This document shows positions 14,926-17,898 of a stretch of DNA of 17,898 nucleotides, piece after piece. Made by a program: the position numbers and the translations under genes. The notes under the pieces are model-generated. The model was not told where the DNA came from. It was given only the letters and a program-made list of their open reading frames with translations, and did not search any database. The stretch covers positions 81,814 to 99,711 of the IMG/VR virus record IMGVR_UViG_3300009131_000001; one strand, given 5' to 3'. The DNA comes from a virus (taxonomy: Duplodnaviria > Heunggongvirae > Uroviricota > Caudoviricetes). Numbering within the stretch: the stretch's first letter is position 1; each line of letters opens with the position of its first letter.

Positions 14926-17424
14926 ATGACTAAGAAGAAACTACTACTTGGTGGGAATGTTAATCCACAATATATAAACCCTATAAATAGCAATAGAAAT
15001 ATAGGTAGATTACAGACTACATTACCTAATATGGGAATGCAAGGTAATCTTACTAAGGCAGGTCAACTAGATACTTCTAGATTTAATGCAGGATATAGAG
15101 GTATTAATATGGGAGCTGCTGGTACAATTGCTAGTAGTGTAGGCAGTCAAATGCAAGGAGACGAGGCTCAAGATGTAGTTAGTAAAGCAGGGCCTTGGGG
15201 GGCTGCTATTGGAACTATAAGTAAGATAGGTACTGGAGCAATGGATTCTATGATTGACTATAATAAAGAAAAGATTACAGGGGGAGAAAAAACTGCTGCT
15301 GCAATTAAAACAGGTATATTTAATCCTGCTGCTGCATGGTTTGACCCTAATCTTTCAGGTAAAGAAAAAGTAATTGGGGGATTACTTCCTGGACTAGGAG
15401 GTATAATGTCTGCTAAAGCAAAGAAAAGAAAAATAGCAGATGCTAAGAGAAAAGAATCATATATTAATGCTCAACAAGATGCTACTATGAGAACTTCTCA
15501 AATGGTAGACACTACCCCAGATGTACAGGTAATGAAGGGAGGAGGATGGATACAAAAAGCTATTAATCCTTCTCATAAAGGATATTGCACTCCAATGTCT
15601 AAGCCTACCTGTACTGGACATAGAAGGGCATTAGCATTAAGATTTAAAAAAGGAGGTGATTTACATAAAGCTAATGGTGGATATATTCATAGCGAAATTG
15701 CTCCAGGCAATACTAAGATGTTAGAGTATGGCGGGCTTACACATGAAGAATCTCCTATTGGTGGAATACCTGTAGATGGAAATGGTAATATTACTAACTT
15801 AGGAAATGCTAAAGCACTAGTTGAAGATAAAGAAGTTGCGTGGAATAAAGGTAAAAATGATACTTACATATTTAGCGACAGACTGGGATTTGCTAAAGAG
15901 GCTAAATCTATTATGAAGGGTTATGAAAAAAGGTTAGGTAAAAATCTTGATGGTATAGATAATATTAGCAAGACCACAATGAACTCTAGGCTGGAGGATT
16001 TACAGAGTAAACAGGAATTTGTCAAGTCTCAACTACCAAAATCTAGTACAAATCAGATGGCAAATGGAGGTAATGTTCCTGATGCAAAACCTGTATTTAC
16101 ATATCCAGATACTCCTGAAAGATTTAAAATGTTTAAAGAAAGTTTGGAAGCTGATGAGAGGGCTAAAGATTTTGCCAGACTTTATCACTATAAACAAACT
16201 TTAGACCCACTACTACAAGCAAAAGATGTCAAATCCTATTCTGAGTTAGTAAAGGATATACCTAAAAATGTTAATGATAGGATTAAACTAGCAGATAATG
16301 CATACAAGGAAGGTAAGTATAAAGCCTATCTAACTCCTCAAGAAATACAAAGTACTCTGGGAGATAAGTATGAAGATTACGTAGCTCTAATGAATAAGTT
16401 GCAGAAACCTGAAATGGGCGTATCTGGAACTAATGAGCAAGGACAGCCAATTAATGAAATGAAATATGGACTAAGAAGTTCATTAAGTATAACCCCATAT
16501 AGTAATGTAATGGTAAATAAAACTCCAGATAAGGCTAAAACTAAATCACAGTTTGGTGCACAAGTATTCTATAATCCTGAAAAGGATGGATATGAATATA
16601 AGTATGAAGAGCCTAAAGAATTTAAATGTGGCGGTAAGTTGCCTAAAATGGTAAAAGGTGGTACCATCCCTTATAAGAATGCTGTTCCATATAGTACAAT
16701 GACTCCTTCTGAGGGTATAGATTATATAGGAAGAAATGCAGTAAAACCTATAAAAGGATTAGAGTATAAGTCTCCTGCACCAAAAGGTATTGGAAGTTAT
16801 GTACCTTCTAAAACTGTAAGTACAAAAACTCCTACGGAAAAAACTTATTTAGGAGAGGCTGCTCCAATCGCAGGTAGTACTGCTCTAAGTATGCTAGGAA
16901 CTGCTTATGCACTTAAGAATCTTAAGAAACATAAAGCAGTTAATCTTGGCAGAATTACTCCACAACAAATTAACTTAGAGGCTGCTAGAGAAAGTGCTAG
17001 AACTTCTGCCAAAGAAGGATTAGCAAATATTAGAAGTGCGGCTAAGTCAGTTGGTAGTCCTAATTATATGAATGAAGTTATTTCAGGAACTATAGGTACT
17101 CAAAGAGAATTAGGTAAAAATTTAACACAATCTTACTTAGCGGAGCAAACTACTAATGCTGCTGCAAGAGAGGAGGCTAATAGAGCTAATGTTGCTGCTG
17201 CTGCACAAGAAGCTGGAATAAATCTAAACCAAATGAATAGGTATGAAGATACTAAAGCAGGATTGACTAGTAACTTATTTACTATTCCTGCAATGGGAGT
17301 ATCTGAATACTTAGGGCAAAAGAATCTGATGGATTCAGCACAACTTAGTGGAAGGTACAAGTTTAAAACAGACCCTAAGAATAGGTTTAAAAGAATAGTA
17401 GTAGCAAAAAAGGATGAGGAATAA
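14926..17424 (+). CDS. Putative cargo/ejection protein (crAss001 gp45-like)
   Basis: 832 aa directly after the muzzle gene. Has Gly/Ala-rich hydrophobic helices (AGPWGAAIGTISKIG, VIGGLLPGLGGIMSA), a YGGLTHEESPIGGIPV...VEDKE...YIFSDRL motif, and a long Ala/Gln/Asn-rich helical C-terminus. Confidence 0.7.
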   Translation: MTKKKLLLGGNVNPQYINPINSNRNIGRLQTTLPNMGMQGNLTKAGQLDTSRFNAGYRGINMGAAGTIASSVGSQMQGDEAQDVVSKAGPWGAAIGTISKIGTGAMDSMIDYNKEKITGGEKTAAAIKTGIFNPAAAWFDPNLSGKEKVIGGLLPGLGGIMSAKAKKRKIADAKRKESYINAQQDATMRTSQMVDTTPDVQVMKGGGWIQKAINPSHKGYCTPMSKPTCTGHRRALALRFKKGGDLHKANGGYIHSEIAPGNTKMLEYGGLTHEESPIGGIPVDGNGNITNLGNAKALVEDKEVAWNKGKNDTYIFSDRLGFAKEAKSIMKGYEKRLGKNLDGIDNISKTTMNSRLEDLQSKQEFVKSQLPKSSTNQMANGGNVPDAKPVFTYPDTPERFKMFKESLEADERAKDFARLYHYKQTLDPLLQAKDVKSYSELVKDIPKNVNDRIKLADNAYKEGKYKAYLTPQEIQSTLGDKYEDYVALMNKLQKPEMGVSGTNEQGQPINEMKYGLRSSLSITPYSNVMVNKTPDKAKTKSQFGAQVFYNPEKDGYEYKYEEPKEFKCGGKLPKMVKGGTIPYKNAVPYSTMTPSEGIDYIGRNAVKPIKGLEYKSPAPKGIGSYVPSKTVSTKTPTEKTYLGEAAPIAGSTALSMLGTAYALKNLKKHKAVNLGRITPQQINLEAARESARTSAKEGLANIRSAAKSVGSPNYMNEVISGTIGTQRELGKNLTQSYLAEQTTNAAAREEANRANVAAAAQEAGINLNQMNRYEDTKAGLTSNLFTIPAMGVSEYLGQKNLMDSAQLSGRYKFKTDPKNRFKRIVVAKKDEE

Positions 17425-17427
17425 TAT

Positions 17428-17898
17428 ATGGCAGTAAATAATATGTTAAGCAATGTGCCTGGGGCAGTACCATACGTATCTATGGTAAATGACCAGGCAA
17501 ATGCTGTACTTATAAATGCTTTAAATGAGAAGACAAAGCAATATGAGCAGCAGTTAAGTGCTATTGCTGAGAATGAAGCCCTACTAAATCAAATGAAGTA
17601 TAGAGACCCTGATAGGGCTGGAGCCTTACTAAGGGCTGCTAAAATCAGTAGTGATTTAGATAATGAGATTCAGGAGAAGTATGCTGGGGATTATGGTAGT
17701 AGTGGTGCAAGAAAGGCAGTTGCTAGTAGATTAGCCCAAGAAAGAGGTGTGTTTTCAACACTACAGCAGAAGTATGAGGAAGAACAGCCTTATAAACAAA
17801 TGTATCAGCAACTTAAAGCTACAGGGCAACTTGCCAAGAAGTATAATCCTACTACAGGAAAGGTTGAAGAGGTTAATCCTTTTACCCAATCTGTAGTA
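17428..17898 (+). CDS. Second putative cargo/ejection protein (5' part; runs off the window)
   Basis: ATG at 17428, open for 157 codons to the window end (MAVNNMLSNVPGAVPYVSMV...EKTKQYEQQLSAI...). Helical and Gln/Glu-rich. Absent from the ORF track because it has no stop. Confidence 0.75.
   Translation, partial: MAVNNMLSNVPGAVPYVSMVNDQANAVLINALNEKTKQYEQQLSAIAENEALLNQMKYRDPDRAGALLRAAKISSDLDNEIQEKYAGDYGSSGARKAVASRLAQERGVFSTLQQKYEEEQPYKQMYQQLKATGQLAKKYNPTTGKVEEVNPFTQSVV

Noticed and set aside
16019-17453. Alternative-frame ORF 16019..16204 (+) and antisense ORF 17133..17453 (-)
   Set aside because: Both overlap the cargo gene. The Ala/Leu richness of the antisense ORF simply mirrors the sense codons.
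1-17898. Alternative genetic code, tRNAs, CRISPR arrays, introns/inteins, intrinsic terminators
   Set aside because: All genes are intact in the standard code at expected sizes. I saw no spacer-repeat array, cloverleaf, homing endonuclease/intein motif or GC-rich hairpin with a U-tract.

Overview
AT-rich, gene-dense, single-strand (+) segment of a crAss-like (Crassvirales-type, Bacteroidota-infecting) phage virion-morphogenesis region. All genes read in the standard genetic code. Order: end of an upstream gene, small fibre-associated and membrane proteins, two hub/adaptor-like structural genes, a variable tail spike/fibre block (878, 251 and 724 aa) ending in an LRR gene, a truncated gene relic, a lysis cassette (53-aa ORF, M15 endolysin, holin, spanin-like protein), then the conserved crAss-like core (ring protein, IHF/HU-like protein, tail tubular ring protein, 1207-aa muzzle/tail stabilisation protein) and two cargo/ejection proteins, the second running off the window. 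Family assignments come from motif recognition and synteny, not database searches. The most interesting observations are a candidate reverse-topology unimolecular spanin whose periplasmic stalk is saturated with Bacteroidota O-glycosylation sequons, recurring hydrophobic-x-x-Gly-Gly motifs that divide the cargo protein into modules, a phage LRR protein, and a bipartite DNA motif repeated at two module junctions, one beside a deletion scar.
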